From positions 122,282,816 to 122,346,815 of the forward strand of contig NC_068982.1 of assembly GCF_001194135.2 (NCBI RefSeq): a stretch of DNA of 64,000 nt, written 5' to 3'. Position numbers and translations under genes: made by a program. The notes under the pieces were generated by a model that was not told where the DNA came from, ran no database searches, and saw only the letters and a program-made list of their open reading frames with translations. Position 1 is the stretch's first letter. Every line of letters begins with the position of its first letter. The DNA comes from Octopus bimaculoides (lineage: Eukaryota). This document shows positions 62,951-64,000 of the stretch, one piece after another.

Positions 62951-64000
62951 ATTATTCAATGTGTCCTTCTTTTTTAAGACACTTTATTGTGATTGGAATG
63001 GGATTTGGTTGCTATTTTCTATCAGGTTAAGTGATGACTACACAGAGACTCCCTTATTAACACTATGCTTTTAAGATGAGAGAAATTGAATGTTATAATG
63101 ATCATGCCTTTCCCATGAGCATTTTCAGAAAAAATTATATAAAATGGGTTTCCACTTAAGATTGAAACTGCTTGGTAGATTTGGTTTGCAGGGAACTTAC
63201 TTATTGCTTTAAAGCACTAAATAAACTGTGAAGCTAAATATTGAAATGCATTCAGGCCAGCAGTGAATAAATCAATTTTCTATAAAAATAGTCAGTGGAT
63301 ATGATGACATGAGGGTTAATACATGAGACTAAAGATATCATAATGCTAGTGAAATAGAGCAGATGATATAATTTCCTATTCTTTGTCTGTTTAGTCATGA
63401 AATTGTGCGGGTTTTTTTTACCTTTTCTAGTGTTGCAAGATAGTGTAATAGATAAGGTAACTCATTGGTTTGAGCATATGTAACTCAACTTTTACAGGAA
63501 AAAAGTTGATAAGTGATTACTATGGGACCTGGTAGATGATGCACAAAAGGGGTGATAAGAGAGAGAGAGAGAGATGGATCTAATAGGTGGAAATGGTATG
63601 CAATTAGCTGGTTCAGAGATGCAGTGGCTGTTGTAGCAGTAATAGAAAAGACAATGAGAGAGAGATTACAGTGAATCTGAGGAACAAAGAACGTACTATG
63701 TTGGTGAGTGAGTCATGATGATAATATACAAGTGAAATGAAATTTTGCAGGTGATATATCAAAATACTTGCTGATGATGTGGGTTTGTTTACAGATCCAT
63801 TTATATCAATCTTCTCCACTTACTAAACATTGAATGCATGTGGAATCTGACATATCTTAGTTGTATTTGCTTCTAGTCATTCAACAATTTCATGTGAACT
63901 CTCAGGCCAAGTATTGATGTTAGAGACTGTGTCAGCAGTAGGTTAATGACACAAAATAATGAAGTGACAATCAACCTACACACCAACTACTGACAACTGC

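Noticed and set aside
62530-63830. Acceptors at 62538, 62743, 62799, 63025, 63497 and 63750 as the PFN4 last exon
   Set aside because: None gives a DYL(R/K)-like basic C-terminus in phase 1; the true exon is probably beyond the window.

Overview
AT-rich, microsatellite- and TE-dense eukaryotic scaffold with five N-gaps. The SINE, RTE-LINE and (GAT)n-tailed repeat families look like an octopus genome (inference from repeat content). Two host genes are visible, head to head. (1) A plus-strand profilin-4-like gene with three intact coding exons (53696-53812, 55823-55957, 61953-62058); its short last exon was not found in the window. (2) An unidentified minus-strand gene whose best-supported part is three phase-0 exons (17211-17327, 10895-11029, 6121-6243). 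These three exons appear to be old tandem duplicates: the peptides have diverged strongly, yet the acceptor flanks are similar and each carries a near-identical 28-nt intronic element about 27 nt after the donor. That is the most interesting signal here. Between the genes lies a CpG-retaining region (about 41-53.6 kb) with RFX X-box-like motifs. The rest is decayed mobile DNA: Helitron, RTE, CR1-like, Tx1-like, Penelope, CRE-like, Gypsy, mariner/Tc1, Merlin, a hAT MITE and SINEs. TE boundaries are approximate; exon coordinates were counted by hand. No database searches were run.
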